Below are positions 55,491 through 64,000 of a DNA stretch of 64,000 nt, one piece after another. Origin of the DNA: an uncultured Gammaproteobacteria bacterium (GTDB lineage Bacteria > Pseudomonadota > Gammaproteobacteria > DRLM01); NCBI GenBank assembly GCA_963729605.1, contig CAVSNY010000007.1, positions 256,001 through 320,000 on the forward strand. Direction: 5' to 3'. Numbering within the stretch: the first letter of the stretch is position 1; every line of letters begins with the position of its first letter. The notes under the pieces are model-generated. The model was given only the letters and a program-made list of their open reading frames with translations. It had not been told where the DNA came from and did not search any database. A program made the translations under genes and the position numbers.

Positions 55491-57689
55491 TCATTTGTGC
55501 TCCACGGTTAACACACCCCGCCAGTCGTCGGGCGGCGACAACAGATACTGTTCGCACCGCGCGGCGAAGTAGCGGCTGGGACCGTCGTCGGGCGCTTCTT
55601 GGCGTAAGCTCGCGAAGGCGGCGCGCGCCTCGCCCCACTGCCCCAGTCCGAAATGGTGCAAGGCCTGCGCGAAGCGCGCGATGAAGTCCCGTTGATCGGC
55701 AGTGACGTCGCCGTCGCGGCCGATCAATTCGTGTACGACTACGCTCTGGCTTTTACCCGCCAGCAGAAACGCACCGAGCGGCCGGGTGACGAAACCCCGC
55801 ACGCCGATCAGCGTATCGGCGGAGACCAGCACCGAGGTACCCAGGGTTTTGTTGAGCGACTGAATGCGATTGGCGGTGTTGACGATGTCGCCCACCGCGC
55901 GGTACTCGAAGTGATCCAGCGCGCCGATGTTGCCCAGCACCATGTCGCCGCAGTGCAGGCCGATGCGGGTAGGCAGCGGCGGCCGGTCCGCCTGCCGGCA
56001 AAATTCACCGACCGCGGTTTGGATGTCGAGCGCGGCGGCGAGGGCCTTGGCGCATACCGAGGTGTCGGGTTGCGGCGACGGCCAGATGGCCAGCATGGCG
56101 TCGCCCACCACGTCGGAGATGATGCCTTGCCGCTCGCGCACCGGCTTGAAGAGGATTTGATAATAGTCGTTCATCAACACGCTCAAGACGGCGGGTTGCA
56201 GGGTCTCGGCCAGGCTGGTGTAACAGGCCGCGTCGGTGGCGAGGCAAATGCCGAAGGTATGTTCACTCGGCGCGTGCACGCCGTCGCGATGCGCGAGCAA
56301 GCGGTCGACCACGTGTTTGGGTACGAACTGGCCGAAGGTCTCCTGCAATTGCCGGCGCTGATGGTGGCTCAGCCAGTAATGGCCGAACAGGCCGAGGAAC
56401 AAGGCCAGTGGTGTTTGGATGAACAGCGGGATCACCAGCGGCACCCACAGGTCGTATATGTCGAACAGTTGCGCGGCGACCGCGTAATACGCGCCGGCCA
56501 ACGCCAAGCCCGCGGCGATGGCGGCCGGCGCCGGCAGATGGCGGCAGACGAAGGTGATCAGACCACCGTAGCCTATCACCAGCAGCAACATGGCGAGGGT
56601 GGCGGGCGGGTGCAAGGTTTCGCGATGGAGTAGATTGGCGAAGGCGGTGGCGGCGATCTCCACGCCGCTCAAATCCAGGCCGTCCTCTTGCGAGAACACC
56701 GTGTAGAAACCGTCGCGTTGCAGCGGCTGGCGCTGTTCGGCGAAACCGACGAACACCGCCTTGCCGGCGATACGCGCGGCCAGCGCGGCGGGATCGCCGT
56801 TGATGATCTCATCGTAGCGCAGCGTGGTGATGCTGCGCGGCGGACCGTAAAAATTGATGAAGGGCTGGGGATCGTTGCGATAGGCGTCGCGCAAGGCGGC
56901 GAGCGGCCGCGGCGCGTCGGCCGCGGGCCGGTTGATTTGATCGAGCAGGGTCGGCGTAGTGCGCAGGTGGTCCAGCGCCTTCGCGCTCGACGTGTCGAGC
57001 AGGGCGATAAAAGTCGCACCTTCGGTATTCCTCACCCCGGCGAGGGCGGCACGCAGCGCGGGCAGACTATATTGTTCCAGCGTCGCCAGCGGCAGGGTCG
57101 GCATGCCGCCGGCGGAGTGTTGCAAGGTCCAAAAGCGGCTGACCCGCGCCGGCACCTTGGGCAGGGCGAAGGGCGCCACCCGCGCGGCGGCCTCGGCGAA
57201 TATCGGCGCGGGCGGGATCAGGCGCTCGACGGCGGCGATGGAATCGCCGGCCTCGCCGAGCCGCACCGCCTCGCGTTCGAGGTAGGCGAACAGCACCACG
57301 TTGCCGGCGCGGCGGATGGCCGCGCTCAAGGCCGCGTCGTCGGCGGGGTCGCGTGCTTCCTTGAAATGAATGTCGAAGGTGATCGTGGCGGCGCCCGCGG
57401 CGTGGAGCTGCTCGATCAGCCGGGCATGCAGGCGGCGCGGCCAGCGGGCGGGGTCATTGGCCTCGCCCAGCGCGGCGGCGGCCTGGTGCTCGATGGGCAC
57501 CACCGCCACCTCGGCGGGCGCGGGCCGGGCGCCGCGCTGTTTAAATAAGAGAGCGAGTCCCGCCTCCTCCTCCACATATTGGCCCAGCGGCAGGATCAGC
57601 AGCAGCGCGCCCAGCGCCGCCACCAGCAGGCTCAAGGTGAGCGGCCGGAGCAGCGTGCTGATATTCCAGAGGCGGGGCGTTGCCGGCAT
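55491..57689 (-). CDS. CHASE2-domain class III nucleotide cyclase
   Basis: TM, CHASE2 (WPR..HA.LI..L, FD..F, SGVEI.A...ANL), 3 TMs, cyclase core TD...GD...RIGLH.G...GD.VN.A.R. Confidence 0.92.
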   Translation of the reverse strand: MPATPRLWNISTLLRPLTLSLLVAALGALLLILPLGQYVEEEAGLALLFKQRGARPAPAEVAVVPIEHQAAAALGEANDPARWPRRLHARLIEQLHAAGAATITFDIHFKEARDPADDAALSAAIRRAGNVVLFAYLEREAVRLGEAGDSIAAVERLIPPAPIFAEAAARVAPFALPKVPARVSRFWTLQHSAGGMPTLPLATLEQYSLPALRAALAGVRNTEGATFIALLDTSSAKALDHLRTTPTLLDQINRPAADAPRPLAALRDAYRNDPQPFINFYGPPRSITTLRYDEIINGDPAALAARIAGKAVFVGFAEQRQPLQRDGFYTVFSQEDGLDLSGVEIAATAFANLLHRETLHPPATLAMLLLVIGYGGLITFVCRHLPAPAAIAAGLALAGAYYAVAAQLFDIYDLWVPLVIPLFIQTPLALFLGLFGHYWLSHHQRRQLQETFGQFVPKHVVDRLLAHRDGVHAPSEHTFGICLATDAACYTSLAETLQPAVLSVLMNDYYQILFKPVRERQGIISDVVGDAMLAIWPSPQPDTSVCAKALAAALDIQTAVGEFCRQADRPPLPTRIGLHCGDMVLGNIGALDHFEYRAVGDIVNTANRIQSLNKTLGTSVLVSADTLIGVRGFVTRPLGAFLLAGKSQSVVVHELIGRDGDVTADQRDFIARFAQALHHFGLGQWGEARAAFASLRQEAPDDGPSRYFAARCEQYLLSPPDDWRGVLTVEHK

Positions 57690-57959
57690 GGTGCTGAACA
57701 GTGCTCAAGTGGACGCGGATCGAACCGCGGGGTTACACTTGCCGCATTGTGCGCAGGGAGGCGTAGGTGCGCAAGTTACGCGCGTAGCGGCGATCACTCG
57801 GCATCTCGGCGATATCTCTCTGAAGGGCGCATGGCGGCGTTCAAAATCGAAACTCAAAATGCTCACATACTTCGTGTATGCTCCGCTTTTCCGTTCGATT
57901 TTGCCCTGCACCGCGTCCCTTGACCGAATAGTGCGCAGGTGCTCAATGCGGTGGACTCC

Positions 57960-58604
57960 ATGTTAAAAAACATCCCTCTGTTTTCGGGCCTGAACGAGGC
58001 CGAGCTGGCCGAGATCGCCAAACACGCGGTGGTGCGCAGTTATCCGAAAAACACCGTGATCATCAACGAGGGGGACCGCAGCGATTCCCTGTATGTGATC
58101 GATCAGGGCCGGGTGAAAATTTATTTGAGCGACGAGCAGGGCAAGGAGGTCGTGCTCAACAGCCAGGGACCCGGCGAATACTTCGGCGAACTGGCCTTGC
58201 TCGACGACGCGGCGCGTTCCGCCTCGGTGATGACCCTCGAACGCTGCACCTTTTGCATCCTCACCAAAGACGTTTTCCAAAAACTGCTGGGCGACAATCC
58301 CCACATCGCCATCAGCCTCATCAAAGACCTCACCAGCCGGGTGCGCATGCTGACCGACAACGTCAAGAGCCTGGCCCTGCTCGACGTGTACGGCCGGGTG
58401 GCCAAGACCCTGCTGGGCATGGCCACGCCGCTCGGCGACAAGCTGGTGATCGAAGACAAACTCACCCAGCAGGACATCGCCGACCGGGTGGGCGCCTCGC
58501 GGGAAATGGTCTCGCGTATTCTCAAAGACCTCGCCACCGGCGGTTACATCCACATGGAACAGCGCCACATCGTCATCAACGACCGCTTGCCGACGCGTTA
58601 TTAA
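57960..58604 (+). CDS. Crp/Fnr-family cNMP-binding transcriptional regulator
   Basis: FGELALLD..ARSAS phosphate-binding cassette; HTH LTQQDIADRVGASREMVSR. Confidence 0.93.
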   Translation: MLKNIPLFSGLNEAELAEIAKHAVVRSYPKNTVIINEGDRSDSLYVIDQGRVKIYLSDEQGKEVVLNSQGPGEYFGELALLDDAARSASVMTLERCTFCILTKDVFQKLLGDNPHIAISLIKDLTSRVRMLTDNVKSLALLDVYGRVAKTLLGMATPLGDKLVIEDKLTQQDIADRVGASREMVSRILKDLATGGYIHMEQRHIVINDRLPTRY

Positions 58605-58734
58605 AAGCGTTCTCGCCGCGGGGAACCCACTGCGGCGTTTCCCTGCTGAATACTAAGAACTGCCTTGATAAAGCCTCACGCGGCAGACCAAGCACCGTCG
58701 GCTCAGGCCGCAAACCCTCCTTGGAAAGACGTAA

Positions 58735-59017
58735 CCACCCCGTCCGCTTCGCGTCCACCCCTCCTTGCATAAGGAGGGGAGATGGATGTTTTCTCTCTTC
58801 CTGATGAGGAGTGTTACAGGTCGCAATCGATGATGCGGCGGGGAACCGGGAGATTAATGTTTCTCCTCTCCTTGGATAAGGAACGTTACAGATCGCAATC
58901 GATGATGCGGTGGGGAATGGGGTGATGGATGTTTCTTTCCCTCCTTGGATAAGGAGAGGTGATGGATGTTTCTCCCCTCCTCTATGAGGAGGGGTGCCCC
59001 GACGGGGCGGGGTGGTG
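58735..59017. repeat. CCCCTCC/GGAGGGG palindromic element with internal tandem repeats
   Basis: Ends ACCACCCCG...CACCCCTCCT and AGGAGGGGTGCCCC.GGGGCGGGGTGGT; GTTACAG.TCGCAATCGATGATGCGG occurs twice and GATGGATGTTT three times. Confidence 0.8.
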
Positions 59018-59055
59018 AAGGGACGTGGCATCGTCAATGAATGGTTTAGTAATTC

Positions 59056-59437
59056 AGCCCGCTCCTTGGGCGCCGCCGCGACGCAGAATCATCGCACCGG
59101 CGTGATGCGCATACGCTACCAAGTCAAATCCTTGCCCGCCGGCACGGTGGTCAAGACCGGCAAGACCATCAACTTCACTAAAATTCCGCCGTCGAGCAAG
59201 ACCACGGTGTTGTACCGCAACGCGGCGCCCTTCGATTCCAACAGCGCCTATTGCGGCACCGAGAGTTATTACTAGGCGGTGAGCAACGTGGACGACAACG
59301 ACGCCAATCATTTCGACGAGGCCTTCGCGTGGGACACCACCGCCCTGCCCAACGGTACTTATTGGGTGGAAGTGACGGCGTGGGATGCCTCGAACAATAG
59401 CGCGTCGATCTTGAAACAGGTGCGCATCGTCAATTGA
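59056..59437 (+). pseudogene. 3' fragment of a secreted protein with Ig-like C-terminus, interrupted by in-frame TAG
   Basis: ...YCGTESYY*AVSNVDD...AWDTTALPNGTYWVEVTAWDASNN...VRIVN*; no start or signal peptide. Confidence 0.65.
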
Positions 59438-59455
59438 GATGCGTTGTCGCGTGCG

Positions 59456-59481
59456 ACGGAGTCCGCGCGGCTCCGTTTTTT
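59456..59481 (+). terminator. Intrinsic terminator after the gene fragment
   Basis: ACGGAG-TCCGCGCGG-CTCCGT followed by a T run. Confidence 0.65.
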
Positions 59482-59663
59482 TATGGGGGCCGGTTGATTG
59501 ATCCGGGTGTGGCCTGAGCATCGCCTTCATCCGCCCGGCGACGCGCCCCAATTCGGAGCGCGCCGACCAAACGGCCCGGTCTTTATCGGCGGCGCATAAA
59601 CCCACTTCTCCACGACCATCTGAGTTAAAATACGCCGCATTAAAATTAACGAGCGGAGGGGTT

Positions 59664-61762
59664 ATGGGGCAGCCGGCAGCGGTGCGGCCAGCGCGACGGC
59701 CATGGGCGATCCTGATGTGGATAGCGATCTCGATCCTTGGCGCGTCGGCGGTGGGTGGCATCGCATTGTCGCGCGGCGAGACCATCAACAGTCTGTGGTT
59801 CATCGTCGCGGCGGTGTGCGTCTACGCCATCGGCTACCGTTTCTACAGCGCCTTCATCGCCGCTAAAGTACTTGCGCTCGACGCGACCCGCGCGACGCCG
59901 GCCGAGCGCTTCAACGACGGCCGTGACTTCGTCCCCACCAACAAATGGGTGGTGTTCGGTCACCACTTCGCCGCCATCGCCGGCCCCGGCCCGCTGATCG
60001 GGCCGACCCTCGCCGCGCAGTTCGGCTACCTGCCCGGCACGCTGTGGATCCTGATCGGCGCGGTGCTGGGCGGCTGCGTACAGGACTTCGTCATGCTGTT
60101 TTTCTCGACGCGACGCAACGGCCGCTCGCTCGGCCAGATGGCGCGCGACGAACTCGGCCCCATCGGCGGCATCGCCGCGCTGGTCGGCGTAATGATGATC
60201 ATGGTCATCCTGATCGCGGTGCTGGGCCTCGTCGTGGTCAATGCGATGAAGCACAGCCCGTGGGCGACCTCGACGGTCGCGGCCACCATCCCCATCGCGA
60301 TTCTGATCGGCCTCTACATGCGCAACATCCGGCCGGGCCGGGTGCTCGAAGGCACCTTGATCGGCGTCGCGCTGCTGCTGCTCGCGGTCGCGGGCGGCGG
60401 CTGGATCGATCAGCACGCAACCCTCCGCCAATGGTTCGACTACGACGGCCCGACGCTCGCGCTGATGATCATCGCCTACGGCTTCGTCGCGGCGGTGACT
60501 GCCGGTATGGCTGCTGCTCGCGCCGCGCGACTACCTCTCGACCTTCATGAAGATCGGCACGGTGATCGCGCTCGCGGTCGCCATCGTGATTCTGCGTCCC
60601 GATGTGCAGATGCCGGCGCTCACCCAGTTCATCGACGGCACCGGCCCGATCTTCGGCGGCGCGCTGTTCCCGTTCGTATTCATCACCATCGCCTGCGGCG
60701 CGATCTCGGGCTTCCACTCGCTGATCGCCTCGGGCACCACGCCCAAGCTGCTCGCCAACGAGCGCGACATCCGCTTCATCGGCTACGGCGCGATGATGAT
60801 GGAATCCTTCGTCGCGATCATGGCGATGATCGCCGCGACGCGTGCTCGACCCCGGCGTGTATTTCGCGATCAACAGCCCGGCCGGCGTGGTCGGCGCGAC
60901 CGCCGCCGAGGCCGTCGCCACAATCAGCAGCTGGGGTTTTCCGGTCACGGTCGAGCAGATGGAACAGCTCGCGCGAGAAATGGGCGAGAGCACGCTGTTC
61001 GCGCGCACCGGCGGCGCGCCGTCGCTGGCGGTGGGCATGGCCAGCATCTTCTCGCAGGCCTTCGGCCAGGGCATGCTCGCCATGTGGTACCACTTCGCCA
61101 TCATGTTCGAGGCCTTGTTCATCCTGACGACCCTCGACGCCGGCACCCGCGTCGGCCGTTTCATGCTGCAAGACTTGCTCGGCAACGTCGTGCCCGCGTT
61201 GGGCCGCACCAGCTGGTATCCCAGCGTGCTGTTCACGAGCGCGTGCGTGGTCGCGGCCTGGGGATACTTCCTCTACATGGGCGCCATCGATCCGCTCGGC
61301 GGCATCAACAGCCTGTGGCCGCTGTTCGGCATCTCCAATCAAATGCTCGCGGCGATTGCGCTGTGCGTGGGCACCACCATCCTCGTCAAGTCGGGCAAGC
61401 TGCGCTACACGTGGGTGACCGGCGTGCCGCTCGCGTGGCTGGTGGTCATCACCACCACCGCGGCCTGGGAGAAGCTGTTCAGCCCCGAGGTGCGCATCGG
61501 CTTTCTCGCGCACGCGAACGACCTCGCCGACAAGCTCGCCGCGGGCGTGCTGCCGCCCGACAAGGCCGCGACCGCGCCGCATATCATTTTCAACGACCGG
61601 CTCGACGCGGCGCTCACCGCTTTCTTCCTGATCACGACCTGGGTGATCGTGATCGACATGCTGCGCGTCTGCTATTGCGCCTTGCGTGGCCATAAGCACC
61701 CGCCGCTCAGCGAGGCGCCGCACGTGCCGAGCCGGCTCGTTGAAAAGTGGGTGAGGGATTGA
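59664..61762 (+). pseudogene. cstA: Carbon starvation protein A (CstA/YjiY family transporter), two +1 frameshifts
   Basis: FGHHFAAIAGPGPL, LPVWLLLAPRDYLSTFMK, TIACGAISGFH, RTGGAP, LWPLFG lie in three frames; extra bases near 60498 and 60841. Confidence 0.85.
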
Positions 61763-61764
61763 GC

Positions 61765-61956
61765 ATGAATAAACCGCATTGGTGGAACACGCTGTGGTCG
61801 GGCCTGCGCCGGGTGAGCGGCGACGATGCTTATGAACGTTACCTCGCCCACTGGCGCGAGCACCATGCCCATGAAGGCGGCGAGCCGCTCGATCGCAAGG
61901 ACTTCTTCAAGGCCGAGCAGGCACGCAAGTGGAATGGCGTGCGGCGTTGCTGTTGA
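61765..61956 (+). CDS. YbdD/YjiX-family small protein (cstA partner)
   Basis: G.DAYERYLAH...HH...P...FF...RCC; immediately downstream of cstA. Confidence 0.85.
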   Translation: MNKPHWWNTLWSGLRRVSGDDAYERYLAHWREHHAHEGGEPLDRKDFFKAEQARKWNGVRRCC

Positions 61957-62305
61957 AGATGGATCCCGTCATGTGGGCATTGTCTCCCGGATAATTGTCT
62001 TAAATTTTTCCTGGGATCACAGGATTAGATTGACGCTGATGGATGAGCAAGCTATATAATCTAAGTGAGCTTTATTCAACGTGAAGCGTTGACCTCATAT
62101 ATTCATCTCCATGAATGCATGAGTCGCTAAAGGCAGCGACCACCCCGCAGTGCAATTCTGATTTTACCTCTTTGGAATTTCCGAATAGCTGTGCCAGCAT
62201 TAATAATTTCAAACCAAGAGAAAAAGCGCAACGAGGGCGATTGATATACTTGTGGCGACCGCCTAATGAAAATCAAAGTCGTAATAATGTAAAGGAGTAA
62301 ATGAT

Positions 62306-62371
62306 ATGGAAGGCGTATTGGTAATCGTTGTGTTAGTCCTGCTGGTCATTTTTTTGGCAAAACGCGTGTAA
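62306..62371 (+). CDS. Putative 21-aa single-TM peptide MEGVLVIVVLVLLVIFLAKRV
   Basis: AAGGAG 8 nt upstream of the ATG; hydrophobic core with basic C-terminus. Confidence 0.55.
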   Translation: MEGVLVIVVLVLLVIFLAKRV

Positions 62372-62462
62372 AAAGAATTTTTGGTCCCGTTGCCGACGCT
62401 GTCGGGGGCGGGGCCAGAACCAACGATAAATACGGCGCGGCGCGTTTTCCGAGTGGAACTTC

Positions 62463-63143
62463 ATGCAGCTTGAGGTCGATCGTCTTTGCAAAATTTATAA
62501 AGGGACGAGAGGTCTGCAGGCCACGGACTTTACCGTCGAAAAAGGCGAGTTGATCGCCGTGGTGGGGCATAACGGCGCGGGTAAGTCGACGCTGTTGAAG
62601 ATGATCGCAGGCTGGCTGGTACCGGATAACGGACGGGTGCGGGTCGACGGGATCGATCTCGGCGACAGGCGGGCCCTGGTTAGAAAAATCGGTTTCGTCC
62701 CGGAAACGCCGAACCTCTTCGATTTCTTTTCGGTGGAATATAATCTCGTGCTTTTTGGCCGCCTGTTTCAGGTTGCCTCTTCGCGTATCGAAGAAACGCT
62801 GCAAGAATTCAATCTACTGCCATTTCGCCATAGCAAAGTGCAAACCTTGTCGAAAGGTTTGAAACAGCGAGTCAGTATAGCCCGCTCCTTGTTGGCGGAT
62901 GCGCCTCTCCTGCTCCTGGACGAACCGACTTCGGGACTCGATTTTGAAATGACCAGGGAAATTTACCTGTCGCTCGGTAAAATCCACGCGTCGGGCAAGA
63001 CCATTCTTTTTACTTCTCATCGACCCGAAGAAATTAAAAGCCTGGCCACCCGGATCATGGTGCTGCATCAAGGCTCGCTGGTTTTCGACGGGCAACCTTC
63101 GGCATATTTCACGTCGAACATTCATCAGACTCTTTATTCATGA
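62463..63143 (+). CDS. ABC transporter ATP-binding protein (ABC-2 type)
   Basis: GHNGAGKST, LSKGLKQR, LLLDEPT, SH. Confidence 0.93.
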   Translation: MQLEVDRLCKIYKGTRGLQATDFTVEKGELIAVVGHNGAGKSTLLKMIAGWLVPDNGRVRVDGIDLGDRRALVRKIGFVPETPNLFDFFSVEYNLVLFGRLFQVASSRIEETLQEFNLLPFRHSKVQTLSKGLKQRVSIARSLLADAPLLLLDEPTSGLDFEMTREIYLSLGKIHASGKTILFTSHRPEEIKSLATRIMVLHQGSLVFDGQPSAYFTSNIHQTLYS

Positions 63144-64000
63144 TCAGAAATGTCGCGATATTAATCGCCAATGACCTGGCCATCGCCTTCAAAAACAAAA
63201 CGCTTTATTTAGTCTTATTTATTCCGCTTTTTGTCTTCGTGGTATTGCAGCTGGTGGACGGCAACCGGCTGGAGACGCAAAAAATAAAAATCGGGCTGGT
63301 CGAACACGCGCAATATACGCCGGCGTTGCTGCAAAGCCTGCGGTCGGCCGACCGCGTCTTTACGATTTCCTGGTTTGCCGATCAAGCGGACGCGCAACGC
63401 TGGGTCAAGGAAAAAAACGGCGATGGTGTTTTAATCCCGTCCGCCGAGCAAGCCGAGGGCGTCACTTTAATCGTGCTGGCGAAGGCCTCCTTTCAAACCC
63501 TGGCCATCGTCGAAGGTGTTTCCGAGTTGCAGCGGATGCTCGAGGGGAAAAGTAAAAGCTGGATTTCGGAGATACATTCCCTGCAAGAAGAGGGGATACA
63601 GCAGCAAATGCTGCCGACCTGGATTTTAATGCTGGTGCTGCTGGTCGGATTCATTGTCCTGCCGGCGCAAGTGGCCGAAGAAAAAGAAAAGAAACTCCTG
63701 CTCGGGTTGTTGCAGACTCCGATAAGCGAGGTGGAATGGCTGCTCGCCAAGGTCGCCTTGGGAATGATTTTAATCGCCATTGCGGCGGCACTCCTGCAAT
63801 TGATGGCGGGCGTTGATTTTGGCCTCGTAAGCGGCTGGAGTTATTTCGCCTTCCTAATGGTCGGCGGTTTCTGTTTCAGCGCCTTCGGAATTCTAGTGGG
63901 TTTTTTATGCCAGACTCAAGCGAGTGCGCGAACCTTGGGAGTGCTGTTTTACCTGCCGCACCTGCTTCCTTCGGCACTTTCGGATTTCTCCCAGGAATTA
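63140..64000 (+). CDS. ABC-2 type permease, runs off the right edge
   Basis: ATGA overlap with the ATPase stop; MIRNVAILIANDL..., EEKEKKLL.GLLQTP, multiple TMs; no stop before 64000. Confidence 0.88.
   Translation, partial: MIRNVAILIANDLAIAFKNKTLYLVLFIPLFVFVVLQLVDGNRLETQKIKIGLVEHAQYTPALLQSLRSADRVFTISWFADQADAQRWVKEKNGDGVLIPSAEQAEGVTLIVLAKASFQTLAIVEGVSELQRMLEGKSKSWISEIHSLQEEGIQQQMLPTWILMLVLLVGFIVLPAQVAEEKEKKLLLGLLQTPISEVEWLLAKVALGMILIAIAAALLQLMAGVDFGLVSGWSYFAFLMVGGFCFSAFGILVGFLCQTQASARTLGVLFYLPHLLPSALSDFSQEL

Noticed and set aside
58790-58980. Possible CRISPR array
   Set aside because: Units are degenerate, irregular in length and repeat their 'spacers'; this is tandem expansion of a palindromic element.
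59273-59275. Pyrrolysine or amber read-through
   Set aside because: The gene lacks its 5' end and there are no pyl genes in the window; a nonsense mutation is simpler.
61945-61956. Selenoprotein read-through at the YbdD/YjiX C-terminus
   Set aside because: The protein already ends in the family RCC motif with Cys codons; TGA is best read as stop and no convincing SECIS was seen.

Overview
GC-rich chromosomal window that looks gammaproteobacterial (inferred from gene content, not from a database search). Core genes: sucA-sucB-lpdA, an Rrf2-sufBCDSUT-Rieske Fe-S assembly operon, hrpA, sfsA, a yqjG-like reductase, an AGCS amino-acid symporter, a GH63 glucosidase and a beta-CASP nuclease. Signalling and accessory loci are interspersed. 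The strongest candidate for an undescribed system is 51502-58604: a divergent Crp-family regulator, a CHASE2 class III nucleotide cyclase, a FecR-TPR-beta-barrel outer-membrane protein and a small lipoprotein. The cyclase keeps all catalytic residues, but its base-selecting pair is charge-reversed (Asp/Arg instead of Lys/Asp-Thr), which predicts a non-cAMP second messenger. Other notable items: (1) luxR-luxbox-luxI coupled to a pseudo-receiver gene; (2) a di-haem cytochrome c fused to an FGE domain with a CX4C motif; (3) a metal-less UshA-like CGC domain fused to a tetrahaem cytochrome; (4) an E3 (lpdA) with an NADP-like fingerprint; (5) an internally deleted mazG, a doubly frameshifted cstA and an unannotated 21-aa membrane peptide; (6) several REP/MITE-type repeats. 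No rRNA, tRNA, CRISPR array or intact transposase was seen.
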